In this document: positions 35,490 to 49,700 of the stretch, piece after piece | Position numbering within the stretch: position 1 is the first letter of the stretch | Layout: each line of letters starts with the position of its first letter | Source: Squalus acanthias | Lineage: Eukaryota | NCBI GenBank assembly: GCA_030390025.1 | Contig: CM059432.1 | Location: forward strand, 80,292,001 to 80,356,000 | DNA length: 64,000 nucleotides | Direction: 5' to 3' | Position numbers and translations under genes: made by a program | The notes under the pieces: model-generated | Seen by the model: only the letters and a program-made list of their open reading frames with translations | The model's database searches: none | Told to the model about the DNA's origin: nothing

Positions 35490-36930
35490 TAAGAAAGGAG
35501 GGAGGGAGAAACTAGGTAACTACAGACCTGTATGTTTAACATCAATTGTGGGGAAGTTACTGGAATCATTCATCAGAGCCAGAGTGACTGAGCACTTGGA
35601 CAAGTATGAGCTGATCAAAGAGAGTCAGCATGGATTTATGAATGGTACATCATGCCTGGCTAATTGATAGTTGAACTTTTGAGGAGGTCACTAGCATGGT
35701 GCCTATGGATGTTGTTTATATGGACTTCCAGAAGGCATTTGTTAAGGTTCTGGACAAGAGATTATTAACAAAAATGAAAGTGCATGGAATTGGAGGCAAC
35801 CTTGTGACATGGATTGGTAATTGGTTGGGAGGTAGGAGACAGAGAGCAAGGGTAGAGGGAATGGTCGCTGATTGGTGGGACGTGACAATTGATGTTCCCC
35901 AGGGATCTATACTAGGGCATCAGATTTTCACCATATATATTAATGACTGGGATGAAGGAATACAGAGTTGTATATACAACTTCGCAGATGATACTAAGTT
36001 AGGAGGCACAGTAAGTTATGTGAATGGGAGCAGGAAGTTACAAAGGGACATATACTAGCGACATAGACACTATATAAAGGGATGTAGATAGACTGAGTGG
36101 GCAAAACTATAGCAGATAGATTTAAATGTGGAGAGGTGTGAGGTCATCTACTTTAGATTCAAGAAAGACAAATCAGAACATTTTCTTAATGGTGAGAGAC
36201 TGGGAGCTGTGAAGGAGAAAAGGGATTTAGGTGTCCATGTACACAAATCACTAAAGACTAGTGCATGGGGACAGAAAGTGACCAAAATGCTAATGGAATG
36301 TTGGCCTTTATCTCAAAGTGATTGGAATACAAAAGTGAGGAAGTTATTTTTCAGTTATACAGAGCCTTGGTCAGACCCCATCTGGAGCATTACGTTCAGT
36401 TTTGGGCACTGAATCTCAGGAAAGATATATTGGCCTTGGAGGGGAACAGTGCCAATTCACCAGAATGATATCAAGGTTTAAAGGGTTCAATTATGAGGAC
36501 AGGTTACATAAACTTTGTTTGTATTTCCTTGAGTTTAGATGGGTAAGGGGTGATCTATTCAAGGTCTTTAAAATGATAAAGGGATTTGATAAGGCAGATA
36601 CAGAGAAACTATTTCCTCTGGTGAAGAATTCCAGAACAAGGTGACATAATCTTAAAATTAGAGCTAGGCCATTTAGGAGGAAATCAGGAAACACTTTTTT
36701 TACACAATTCGTAGTGGAAATCTGGAACGCTCTCCCTCAAAAGCCTGTGAATGCTGGGTCAATCAAAATTTTCAAGACTGGATCAATAGATCTTTGTTAG
36801 GTAAGGGTATTAAGGGATATGGATCAAAAGTGGGTAAATAGAGTTGAGGTACAGATCAGCCATGATCTGATTGAATGGCGGAACAGGCTCGATGGGCTGA
36901 ATGGCCTACTCCTGTTCCAATGTTCCTAAA
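35490..36930 (+). mobile_element. Older CR1 LINE 3' part
   Basis: 'YMDFQKAF', 'VPQGSILG', 'FADD'; CR1 3' UTR. Confidence 0.9.
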
Positions 36931-37016
36931 TCTGTAGGTCTTTGCTGGAGAGGGAGGCTATTATATCCTAGGCATCACAGAAACCCAGTTCAGTAATAAC
37001 ATAGAGCTGGACATAT

Positions 37017-37845
37017 TGGGAATTTTCCCAGCCCTGGGGAGGCGGGTATGGAGGCAGGACTGCTGGGAAAATGGCAAAAACTAGGAGCGGGTACCAACCC
37101 CGCTCCCAACCCCGCTCCCGTGCCATCTTCCCAGGAGGGGGTCCCTGAGTCGCGCAGGGACCCGTCTCCTCGAGGCAGGAAGGGGGTTAGAGCCAATTAA
37201 CTGCCTGTTAACAGGTAGTTTTGAGGCTTTTCCCCATTTTACGCCTGTAATTGCGGGCTTCCCGACGGCTGCGAACCTCGCCAGGGTCAGCAAGGCGAGC
37301 AGTGGGTCTGCGGGGGTGAGAGAGGTCGAAATGTCAGCTGTAGAGGTGAGTGATGGGTGCAAGTGTGGACAGGTAAGTATGAGAGGTGAGTGTAAAGTGT
37401 TGGAAAAAGTTTCCTTACCTTTGCTTCTTTCTGCAGGCTTCAACCTTTGAGGATCTGGAGGTGCCTCATCTCAACGACAGAGATGACAGAATAGCTGCTG
37501 CATTCTCAGATGCAGCAGCCATCTGCTTTATGCTGAGGAGAGGGGTCTTGGTGAGCCTGTGTGCAAGGGCTCACCTTAGAACAAAGATTGTCAGTGTTTG
37601 ACAGCTTCTCAAAGCTGTCAAATGCTGACAGTTCATCTGTCAAAATATTTTTGACAGATGAAGCATCATACACTGACGTCATCTGTCACCGGCTTTCCCT
37701 TAATTGGCCGGTAAGCATGGCGGGCTTAACAAGGCCAATCAAGGGAAAATAGCGTGGGTTGGTCAGACGTTGCTGGGGGTGGGACTGAAACCCGGAAACC
37801 AGAAGTCCCGCATCTAGCATGTCTCCATTGAGAAAATCCAGCCCC
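37017..37845. mobile_element. Harbinger-type non-autonomous element
   Basis: Ends GGGAATTTTCC / GAAAATCCAGCCC; internal similarity to 14700-14900 (reverse). Confidence 0.55.
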
Positions 37846-37849
37846 ACGT

Positions 37850-38700
37850 GTCTGGGTGTGGAAATCCTAGGGAAATTAATTGTGGGCATCTGCTATTGAC
37901 CACTAGGTCAGGAGGAGGGACTGGCCCATGAACTTTACAGTCAAATAAATGAAGCATGCACAGGAACAGGTGCAGTTGTTATGGGTGACTTCAAATTACA
38001 AGAGGGAGATTGGGGAAATGATAAAACGTGGAATGTTGGATCCCCGACACAATATTGGATTGTCACATTGGTCAAGGAATTGACATGAGTAGCGGCACTA
38101 TTGGACCGGATATTAAGTAACAATCAAGAGATGGTAGAGCAGTCCAGAGTCAGAGAACACTTTGGCAACAGTGACCACAATAAGGTGAAGCGCAAGGTTA
38201 GGTTTCTGATGGAAAAGTGAATGATTACAATAGAAATATTCAACTTTAGAAGAGAAGATTTTGAGGGGATGAATGCTGAGCTAAGGAAACTGACCGGACA
38301 GCACTGTTAAAGGAAAAAAGCATGGCTGAAAAGTGGATTATGTTTTGAAATACTATACAGGGTACAGAACTGATACATGCCACGAGTGAAAAAGGGTAAC
38401 AGAGGGAAAAGTCCATTGTAGGAAATCATAGAAGTAATGCAGGGATAAGGGCAAAAAAAAATTGCTCTTGAAGTACTGTATAAAATACAAGTAGCACTGG
38501 CCTGAGATAAATAACATGGTAAAAGAGAAGAGCTAAAATAAAAAAAAAGGTTAGGGTAGCAGGGAATATTTTTCCATTGTATGCTCATGGAGGAGACCAT
38601 AGTTAGTCGTCTTAACAGAATTTCTGGGGTAGGTGGAAATCAGATGAAGTAATAAAATAGATACATTTCAAATGAGGAAATCAAAGGAAAATAAGGCACT
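37850..38700 (+). mobile_element. Highly degraded CR1 endonuclease-region fragment
   Basis: 'VMGDF', 'ALLDRIL', 'EHFGNSDHN' motifs. Confidence 0.55.
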
Positions 38701-39524
38701 GGACCAAGATGGCTGGCAAAATCAGTCATGTTCTTGTGGTGAACCAGTGGAAAGGACTGTCCAAGGAGGCAGTAGAGAATTGGTTAGATATTTGAAGGAG
38801 TAAGTGATGGAGAGGTATTGGCTTTTGAGACTGGCCAGATGGACTGTAGATCTATTACAGTCCTGATCTATTACAGTCCTGTATTTTCCCATGTTTTTGT
38901 ATATTTTTCCATAGAGAAATCCACTGTCTTTAGTCAGTTTTGATGTGTATGCTGCAAACGCTAACTCTGGAATGTAGCCCTTCGAAGGAACAAGACTCAT
39001 TACCGGGAGGCCTTCCTGTAGATTATGTGGAGACAGGCTGTCAACTTTGATGAGTGGCAATGCCTGTAAAATTTGAACCCAGTTCTCATGGTGGGGGATG
39101 TCCCACGTTCTGTCTTTGAAGGAAAGGGTTGATTGACAGTTCTGTACGCAGGCAGAGAAATATATTCAGGAGCTTCCTGCCAGTTCTGCAGTTCTTGTTC
39201 TATTGATGTAGAAGTGAACACTTGAAGGCTCTGTGGGAGTGGACTCAACCTCAGTAAGTTTTGTGCTATGGATGCTGGTCCCCGTTCAATGTTATCAAGA
39301 GTGTTAGTGAATCATGAATCATTGCGTCTTTTATTATTTTGTGAACAGTGAAGCTGTAAATTAAATGTTGTAATTTAATGAAATCTGCTGTGCTGATCTT
39401 CTACAAGTGTTTAATTTATACTTTTAATAAATCTAATTCCTAAGCCACACAGCATGATAGAGTGATTATTCTTCCACTATCTAAAGACTAGGTGAACATG
39501 AGACAGATTGTGACATTTCCAGTA

Positions 39525-39768
39525 AGCAAGTTCCACTCCAAGTCACACACCATCATGACTTGGAAATATATCGCTGTTCCTTCATTGCTGCTGGCTCAAA
39601 ATCCTGGAACTCCCTCCCTAACAGCATTGTGGGAGTACCTTCACCACATGGACTGCAGTGGTTCAAGAAGGCAGCTCACCACCACCTTCTCAAGGGCAGT
39701 TAGGGATGGGCAATAAATGCTGGCCTTGCCTGTGACGCCCACATCCCAGGAACGAATTTAAAAAAAAA
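39525..39768 (+). mobile_element. Second-family LINE 3' end
   Basis: Near-identical to 13722-13965. Confidence 0.85.
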
Positions 39769-40194
39769 TTATAGTAACCGGAATTATTTCTGTTTGACCT
39801 GGGCAACGCTTCATTACCAGATATTGTGTGCACGAGGTGAGATTTTGGTTTATAGGGAGTGAAGGCTCACATACGGCATGTTGCTTGCGTTGAGCATAAG
39901 AAAAATATTTGGAGAGATTCTGAAAATAATAACATCTACTTTGTATGTGTCCTCCTGAAAACGCAAATCCCACCTTGCACTGCTCCAGGGTTGATTGTAT
40001 GGCTGTACACAAATCCCTCATGGCACCAACCAGCCCCTTTTGAACTTCCTCCAATTGATGGAGCAGCAGGAAGTAGGAGGCTAGGTTTGGATGGTCACAG
40101 TTTCAGGCACGGAGGAGGTATGGTGACAAAAAACTGTGTTAGGGCTACTATCTCTGCAATCATAGAAATATGCACTCTAGTTGCTTTGATGGTT

Positions 40195-40935
40195 CAGTGC
40201 AACGAGACCTGGGTGTCCTTGTGCACCAGTCGCTGAAGGTAAGCATGCAGGTGCAGCAGGCAGTGAAGAAGGCAAATGGTATGTTGGCCTTCATAGCGAA
40301 AGGGTTTGAGTATAGGAACAGGGATGTCCTACTGCAGTTGTACAGGGCCTTGGTGAGACCACACCTTGAGTACTGTGTGCAGTTTTGGTCGCCTTAGCTG
40401 AGGAAGGATGTTCTTGCCATGGAAGGAGTTCAGCGAAGATTCACAAGGCTGATACCTGGGATGGCAGGAATGACATATGAGGAGAGATTGGGTCGATTGG
40501 GCTTATACTCGCTGGAGTATAGAAGAATGAGAGGGGATCTCATCGAAACATATAAAATTCTGACAGGTCTGGACAAACTAGATGCAGGAAGAATGTTCCC
40601 GATGGTCGGAGAGTCCAGAACCAGGGGTCATAATCTAAGGATAAGGGGTAAGCCATTTCGGACAGAAATGAGGAAGAATTTCTTCACCCAGAGAGTGGTG
40701 AACCTGTGGAATTCTCTACCACATAAGGTAGTTGAGGCCAAGTCATTAAATATATTGAAGAATGAGTTAGATATATTTCTTAAAGATAAAGGTATCAAGG
40801 GATATGGGGAGAAGGCAGGTACAGGGTACTGAGTTTGGATGATCAGCCATGATCTCATCGAATGGTGGAGCAGGCTCGAGGGGCTGAATGGCCTACTCCT
40901 GCTCCTATCTTCTGTGTTTCTATGCTTCTATGTAA
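40195..40935 (+). mobile_element. CR1 3' part (same subfamily as 6070-8587)
   Basis: 'VQRDLGVLVHQSLKVSMQVQ...GYGEKAGTGY'; CTATG tail. Confidence 0.93.
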
Positions 40936-41429
40936 CAGGTTCTATAGTTCTATGTGATCCATTTTGTTAATATAAAATTCACTTTCCCAATCTTTCCCAT
41001 TTAATTGTTTATACCACCGTCTATTGGGTTGATGTCACTGGGATTTCATCCCTTCTAGCCCTCACTTCAGTGAGTACAACATCCACAGATACTTCAGAAA
41101 ACCTGGGATTCTTCCTGCTGCTGAATCCCTGCTGCCACCAAGGCTACTCTTTTTTCATTAATTCTTGCAGTCCTTCAATTCCTGTGGTGTGAATGCACAA
41201 AATGCATGTAGCTCTTTAATCATCCGCAGTGTTTTAAATGTGGCAGCACAACGTGAATTCCCTTGCCCCCAATGGTGATAAACCAAGGACCAGTAGTTTT
41301 ACTGCTCTAAATCAATCCTGCATACATAATTAGAGTCACTTCAGGAAAAAGCAGTGGGTTAGCGGCTGGGTCATGCTGGCAGGTGGAAGTCTCGCCCTGC
41401 CACTAACTCACCAATTGGATGAGAATCGA

Positions 41430-41720
41430 GCCTAATGATTCCTGCATAAGAACAAGAATTCACATTGAGCAGTCAATAGGCATGCTAAAAGGAAGATTTA
41501 GATGACTGGATAGGATTGTATTGTGAATTGTGGTGACCTCTTGTGTCCTCCACAACTTCGCTATCCAGAAAGACCTAGAAGTTGACATGCCAGAGGAAGC
41601 GGAGGAGGAGGGAGAAGAAGATGGTAGATGACTGAATATCAGATATAGGAAGAGGAAGCAATCAAAGCAACTGCAACACCAGCAAGAGCACTACAATTGA
41701 GATTTATTCAGGACATCACC
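41430..41720 (+). mobile_element. Harbinger transposase C-terminal remnant
   Basis: 'IEQSIGMLKGRFR*LD...IVVTSCVLHNFAI' plus acidic tail. Confidence 0.65.
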
Positions 41721-41799
41721 ACTGAAGCCTAAACCACTGATGGTCAAAGCAAACTTCCCTTCATAGAGAAGCTCCATTTTGATCAACAGACTGTTATAT

Positions 41800-44700
41800 T
41801 TAGCTTGAGTACAGAGCTTGGAGACAGAGCTGGGAGATTAGCAAACGGAGTGATTTGCAAGCAGAGTGAGGAATTTTGTGAGCGCAGGAATTCGGTGGAG
41901 AGGAGAAAGGTGGTGGAGACGTCTGACTGAAAGGGAGGAGTGAAGCCACAGAACCCAACGACTCTAAGTTAATAGACACGAGAGTGGACCTGCGGGACCA
42001 CGAGAGGAGCGGCCGCAGATAAAGGTAGGTCCAAGAGCCCAGAGGGAGCGCGAGTGTCGGAGCGAGGTAAGTGACGTCCGCGCAAGGGAAGGAGCTGATT
42101 GGTGAGTAGTTGGGTGATTGTATTTTTTTAAGTCTTAAGTTTATTTCTGTTAAGTTACTTTGAAAAAAAAATTAGTTAATAGTCGAATAAATAAAGACAT
42201 GGCAGGGCAGCTCAGTCCAGCGGAATGCACATCCTGTGCCATGTGGGAACTCCAGGACGTTTCCCGTGTCTTGGACAATCACGTGTGCAGGAGGTGTCGT
42301 CAGATGGAGGAGCTTGAGCTCTGGGTTTTGGAGCTTGAGCAGCAGCTGGCGTCACTGCAGTGTTTCAGGAGGTGGTCACCCCGCAGCTAAGGAGTGCGCA
42401 GGCAGAGAGGGAAAGGGTGACCGCCAGACAGAAGAGGAGGACCAGGCAGGTAGTGCAGGAGTCCCTTGAGTGCAACTCGCTCTCCAACCAGTATTCTGTT
42501 CTGAGTACTGGTGAGGGCGATGGTTCCTCTGGGGAGTACAGCCAGAGCTAAGTCCACGGCACCACGGGTGTCTCAGCTGTACAGTGGGTGAGGAGGAAGA
42601 CAGGGAAAGCAATAGATGTAGGGGATTCGATAGTTTGGGCAGTAGACAGGCATTTCTGTGGCTGCAGATGTGACCCCAGGATGGTATGTTGCCTCCCTGG
42701 TGCCAGGGTCAAGGATGTCACCGAGCAGCTGCAGAACATTCTGAGGGAGGAGGGTGAACAGCCAGAGGTTGTGGTCCATATTGGTAGCAACGACATAGGT
42801 AGAAAGAGGGATGAGGTCCTGCAGGTAGATTTTAGGGAGCTAGGAAAGAGATTAAAAAGCAGGACCTTAAAGGTAGTAATCCCCGGATTACTCCCGGTGC
42901 CACGCGTGAGTGAGTACAGAAATAGGAGGATAGAGCAGATGAATGCGTGGCTGGAGAGATGGTGCAGGAGGGAGGGCTTCAGATTCTTGGGGCATTGGGG
43001 CCGGTTCTGGGGGAGGTGGGACCTGTACAGGCCAGACGGGTTGCACTTCAACAGAGCCGGTACCAATATCCTCGCAGGGAGGTTTGCTGGTGCTGTTGGG
43101 GAGGGTTTAAACTAAGTTGGCAGGGGGGTGGGCACCAGGATGTAGCATTAGAAAGGAGAAGCAAAGGACTGGGAGAGACGGATAGCACTAAAGCAAGAAA
43201 TAGTAAGATATTAGGTGGGGTCAGACTAAGAGAGAACACAGCATGGTCTAAGGTACGTTAACAGTGTATGTATGTGAACGCACGAAGCATGGTAAACAAG
43301 GTTGGTGAGCTGCAGGCACAAGTAGCCACATGGGAATATGATGTCATGGCAATAACAGAGACCTGGCTCAAAAAAGGGCAGGATTGGGTATTAAATATTC
43401 CTGGATATAGGGTGTTCAGGAAAGATAGGGAAGGAAAGATAGGAGGTGGTATGGCAGTTTTGGTCAAGGAGAATGTTACCGTGCTGGAGAGGGAGGCTGT
43501 CCTGGAGGGGTCAAGGACAGAATCTATATGGCTAGAGTTAAGAAATAATAGAGGTGCCATTACACTACTAGGTGCATTCTATAGACCACCAAATAGTGGG
43601 AAAGATATAGAGGAGCAAATTTGCAGAGAAATTTCAAGAACTATAGAGTAGTGATAATGGGGGACTTCAACTATCCTAATATAGACTGGGATAGTAATAG
43701 TGTAAAGAGCAGGGAGGGGGAAGAATTTCTGAAGTGTGTTCAGGAGAACTTTCTTGATCAGTATGTTTCCGGCCCAACGAGGAAGGTGGCATTGCTGGAT
43801 CTGGTTCTGGGGAATGAAGTAGGTCAAGTGGAACAAGTGTTAGTAGGTGAACATTTAGGGAACAGTGATCATAGTATCATAAGGTTTAGCTTAGCTATGG
43901 AAAAGGACAGGGAGCAATCAAGAGTAAAAATGCTTAATTGGAGGAAGGCAAATTTCAGTGGGATGAGAACGGATCTGGCCCGGGTAAATTGGAATCAAAG
44001 ATTGGCAGGCAAAACTGTAATCGAAGAATGGGCTGCCTTTAAAGAGGAAATAGTTCAGGTACAGTCGAGATACATTCCCACTTGGGGGAAAGGCAGGGCA
44101 ACTAAAGTCAGGGCTCCCTGTATGATGAAAGAGATAGAGAATATGAAGAAGCAGAAAAGAGCGCGCATGACAGATGTCAGATCGAGAATACATCTAAGAA
44201 TCAGGCTAAATATAGAAAGTTCAGAGGAGCAGTGAAAAAGAAAATAAGAGGGGCAAAGAGAGGGTATGAGAATAGAATGGCAGCTTACGTAAAAGGTCCT
44301 CCAAAAGTCTTCTATAGGCATATAAATAGTCAACGGGTAGTAAGAGGAGGGGTGGGGTCGATTAGGGACCAAAAAGGAGACCTACGCATGGAGGCAGAGG
44401 GCATGGCTGAGGTACTAAATGAGTACTTTGCATCTGTCTTCACCAAGGAAGAGGATGCTGCCATAAACATAGTGAAAGAGGAGGTAGAGGAGATACTGGA
44501 TGGGATAAGAATTGATAAAGATGAGGTACTAGAAAGGCTGGCTGTACCTAAAGTAGCTAAGTCACCAGGACCGGATGGGATGCATCCTAGGTTGCTAAGG
44601 GAAGTGAAGGAAGAAATCACTGATGTACTAGCCATAATATTCCAATCCTCCTTAGAAACGGGGGGTGGTGCCAGAGGACTGGAGAATTGCAAATGTTACA

Positions 44701-46098
44701 CCCTTGTTCAAAAAAGGGTGTAAAGATAAACCCAGCAACTATAGGCCAGTCAGTTTAACCTCGGTAGTGGGGAAGCTGTTAGAAACAATAATCAGGGACA
44801 AAATTAACAGTCACTTGGACAAGTGTGGATTAACTAAGGAAAGTCAGCACGAATTTGTTAAAGGCAAATTGTGTTTAACCAACTTGATCGAGTTTGTTGA
44901 TGAGGGCAATGCGGTTGACGTGTACATGGATTTCCAAAAGGCGTTCGACAAAGTGCCACATAATAGGCTTGCTAGCAAAGTTGAAGCCCATGGAATAAAT
45001 GGGACAGTGGCAGCATGGATACAAAATTGGCTAAGTGACAGGAAACAGAGAGTAGTGGTGAACGGTTGTTTTTCGGACTGGAGAAAGGTATACAGTGGTG
45101 TTCCCCAGGGGTCCGTACTAGGACCACTGCTTTTCTTGATATATATTAATGACTCGGTTGTGGGTGTACAGGGCACAATTTCAAAATTTGCAGATGGCAC
45201 AAAACTTGGAAGTATAGTGAACAGTGAAGAGGACAGTGATAGACTTCAAGAGGACATAGACAGGCTGGTGGAATGGACAGATACGTGGCAGATGAAATTT
45301 AATGCAGAAAGGTGTGAAGTGATAAATTTTGGCAGAAAGAATGAGGAGAGGAAATATAAACTAAAGGGTACAATCCTAAAGGGGGTGCATGAACAGAGAC
45401 ACCTGGGCGTATATATGCACAAATCTTTGAAGGTAGCAGGGCAGGTTGAAAAAGCAGTTAAAAAAGCTTATGGGATCCTGGGCTTCATGAATAGAGGTAT
45501 AGAGTACAAAAGTGTGGAAATTATGATGAACCTTTATATAACACTGATTCGGCCTCAACTGGAGTATTGTGTCCAATTCTGGGCACCTCACTTTAGGAAG
45601 GATGTGAAGGCCTTAGAGAGGGTGCAGAAAAGATTTACGAAAATGATTCCAGGGATGAGAGACTTCAGTTACGTGGATAGACAGAGAAGCTGGGGTTGTT
45701 CTCATTGGAGCAGAGAAGATTGAGCAGAGGTTTGATAGAGGTGTTCAAAATCATGAGGGGTCTGAACAGAGTAGATAGAGAGAAACTGTTCTCATTGGCA
45801 GAAGGGTTGAGAACCAGAGGACACAGATTTAAGGTGATTGGCAAAAGAACCAAAGGCGACATAAGAAAAAACTTTTTTACTCAGCGAGTGGTTAGGATCT
45901 AGATTGCACTGCCTGAAAGGGTGGTGGAGGAAGACTTAATCGTGGCTTTCAAAAGGGAGTTGGATAAGTACCTGAAAGAAAAACATTTGCAGGGCTATGG
46001 GGGACTGGGACTAGCTGAAGTGCTCTTGCAGAGAGCCGGCACAGGCTCGACAGGCCGAACGGCCTTCTTCCGTGCTGTAACCATGCTGATTCTATGAT
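41800..46098 (+). mobile_element. Near full-length CR1 LINE: 5' UTR, ORF1 (zinc finger, coiled coil, SGNH esterase), ORF2 (APE endonuclease + RT), pseudogenised
   Basis: ORF1 from ATG 42199: 'CTSC...CRRC', 'VGDSIV', 'VHIGSND', 'DGLH'. ORF2: 'YVNARS', 'ITETWL', 'MGDFN', 'SDH', '[12 protein letters not shown]', 'FADG'. ATTCTATGA tail. Confidence 0.95.
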
Positions 46099-46749
46099 CC
46101 CTCCATTCCTCCTTATATGAAACAGTGACTGGAAAACATAAAGTCTTTAGAAAAACACATTCACAATATAAACCGTTATAATAACTAATCAAAACCTATT
46201 TTTAGAATATATACAAATAATTTTCACCACTGGTGACTTTGCTACTTTTCTTGACGCCTATTCTAACATTTTGTCTAAGTTCCACTCGGGTTTCAGGAGT
46301 CTGGGATATTGAGGGCTGTTCAGAAGTATTAAGAGCCTCTTGGGATGGAGATGACCCTTCACTCGGAGCAGCTGCGTGCTGAGATGGACCCACACCAGTT
46401 TGTGTATTTGGTATTGACTCATCCTCAGACTGGCTGCGCTCTGTTTCTTCCACTTGTGAAGGCATCTGGGGGGACTGTCCAGATAGCTCTGCAGTGCTGC
46501 TTTTCTAAGGAAAAGCAGCCTCATTAACACGCTCTCCAGCTATCCCACCTGAACTGGAAATAAGATACTGCTGGGCCAGAATCTGCAGGATAACAGACTT
46601 AATGGAAGCACTAATATCCCTCAAGCTGCTGGACTGGAATTGCGGAGGCATTCCGACCTATGGTATTAGTGTGTTGTCTCCATGTCCATTGCAGATCAGC
46701 CAACATAAATAACTAGAATTTGGAGGTGATGGTGTTCTCATGACATTGC

Positions 46750-49700
46750 AGGTGTTAAATTGGGCCATGCAGCTGCCGTTTTTAGGTGCTATGTGGCCAC
46801 CAAAGGTTTCAAAATGGTGTCCAAGATGCGCATGCACACTTCCGACGGGAAGTGCGCTGGACGCCATCTTGGTAAAGGAGTTTGCGCGCGTGTGTCTAAC
46901 GACCACCAGCAGCATGCAGAGCAGTGAGACCATGACATGAATCAGTGTGCAATGCTGATTTGAAGCCACCACTGCCATTTTGGTACTCCACACTCCAGCC
47001 AACACTCTGTCTTAACCTCGCACAGCTGAACATGACGTTAAACAGCGTGAAGGACCCACCACCCCACCAGCGCTATTTAAAGGGATCATGAAGTACTTGC
47101 AGGTTGGTTGCTGTATTATTTATTCTGGCTGTTGGTGCAATTGTACGTGTTTTTGGAAGTTTCCTATTCTTGTTTAAAGTTTGAGTACTCTACAGGGTGT
47201 GGTCTGACTGGTCTTGCGGTACCTTTTGTGTCATTTTAAATATTGTGCTGAAAGACTACGCAGAGCAGGAGCCTATATCCGTGGAAGGTCTTCAGGGAGA
47301 AATTTTCTTGCTTCAGCAACGACCAGTGCATGCAATGTCTTCGGTTCACAAATGGGTTGTGACTGAAATCTGTCAACTGCTGCAGCCACAACTGCAGCCT
47401 CAAAGCAGGGCAAGGACAGCATTTCCTGTGGCTGTCAAGGTCACTGTAGCGCTTAATTTTTATGCCTGTGGCTCCTTTCAGGTTGTTGCTGGAGATATAA
47501 GCATTTTCTTGCAATTTGCAGTGCATTGCTGTATAAGTAAAGTCACTGAAGCTCTGTATACAATGAGAAACGCATACATCTCATTCTCTCTTGCCAGAGG
47601 CAAACAGGAGGAGTGAGCATGAGGTTATGCACAGATTGCAGGCTTCCCCGTGGTGCCATTGACTGCACAAACATTGCCTTGCGTGCTCCTGATCTGAACT
47701 CGGCTATATTCATCAACAGAAAGGGATTCCACTGCCTCAATGTACAGCTGGTGTGCGACCACAAGCAGCGCATCATGTAGGTTAATGCCCATTATCCTGG
47801 CAGCAACCATGCTTCTTTCATTCTGTGGCAATCCTCTGTTCCACCTGTATTTGAACCATTATGGCAAGTCAAAGGCTGGCTACTGGACGACAAGCCTCCT
47901 GACATGGCTTATGACTTTGGTTGGGAATCCATGCACACGTGCACAGCAGGCCTACAATGAGAACCATGCTGCCACTAGGAACATTATAGAGCACACCATC
48001 AGCACCCTCAAGCAAAGCTTACGCTGCCTGGGGGAGGAGGAGGAGGAAGTGCAAGAGGAAGTGGAGGAAGAGGAAGGGAGGTTACAACATAGACAATCCC
48101 TTTCTGCCAGTGCTCTACGTAATCAGATTATTCATGAGCGATACCAGTAACCTCAATTAGACCTCTCCATTCACCAGCAGTCCCACACTCCTGACCTTTC
48201 CTCTCTAAAACTGATCATCACATCTTTCTGACAACACTTCTTGGTTCCTCCCTCAGTTCACTGCAGGGATAAAAACCACTACCAAACGCATATTCAAATC
48301 CAAATGTAACAATTCACTCATTAATAAGGCATACAAAATGAAACTAATCACCCTTGTGCATTCCCTCAGTACTTGTCTTCCGTGTGGCTTTGCCTATCCT
48401 AGTGTTCCAACGAGGTGCTTCCCCAGTGGCTGCACCATGGGTGGTGGAAGGCTGCTGACCTTAATTGAGGAGACTGCAGATGCCCTTGGAGGACAAACTC
48501 GAGCAGCTCTGGGCCTGGAAGGCCTGGCTTGAGACTGCACCATCTCGGCCTGGGCTGCAGCAGTCTGGGCTGGCCAACTGGCAGGCAAGGGCACTGGCAG
48601 AGTGGCAGGGCTGGGAGCAGAAATGCTGTCATCCTGAGAAAGGACAGCAGGTTCCTGTTCCATGGAGCCACTGCCACACTCCTGGGGCGGCGCCTCTAAT
48701 CCTGGTGATCTTTTGGAGAACATATTGCTGGACTGCTGTGATGCCCCTGAAACCCCTTTGAACAGTGGTATCCAGAGCCACGATGGCAGCAGTCTGAGCT
48801 TGCAGGGCTCAGACCTTTGGAAGCTGTTTGTGCTGCAATTTAAACTGTTTGTGCTGTGACATAGGCCATCAGACCCTGCATCATGGTGGGTTCCACAGGT
48901 GCGCTAATGGAGATGACCACCCGTTCCATGTTGGAAAGGATGGGCTCCAAGCTCTGCGCAAAACCCTGTGCCAAGTTGGAGCTGGACACCTCCATGCTCC
49001 TTGACATTGTGCACAGGCTTTCTGGCAGGTTTTCCAGTGCACCAAGCATTTAGTTGTGTACACCCATCAGCCTTCTTCTGTAGCCTGGCCCATCGAAGTC
49101 CTCATTTGAATCCTCTGCACAGAACTAGTGTGCGACCTCTCCCTCTGGCAAGCTAGCAGCTGCACCATCCTTTCTCCCCGCCCTGGCTCCTGCGCACTTG
49201 TACCCGATGTCTCACGATGTGCAGATTCCTCCTCTATCCAAGCCTCTAAAATATGCACAGTGTCAGTATATGAGCTTATGGCTGCAAGTGTAAGATTGAG
49301 TGGCGGTGACTCTTCCATCATCACTGTCTTTTTCCTCTTCTCTAACTGGGAAGGTTCTAGTTCTTGGGTATCTGAAATGAAAAAGAGACGAGAGTTGGGT
49401 TGTGGTAAGGGGAAAGTAAGAAGTGCGTCCTTACACCATCTGCAGCTTGAGTCAGAAGAGATTGTGGGATGAGGGAGAAGTGGGAAGAGAAAAGGAGGAT
49501 TAGGACTGCAGAGACCCTCATCATTGATTCCTTCAGCACTACAAATGGCCACGGCCTCCATGATGCCCCTTGCCATGATGGCCAGCACTGTCTCTTCCAT
49601 CGGGGTTAAAATGTGTAGGCTTGCTTGTCCTCCTCTTTTCAGCTGTCTCCTGTTATGCACCACCTTCTCCTGCAAGAAAAAGGGAACTGTGCCATTGAGT

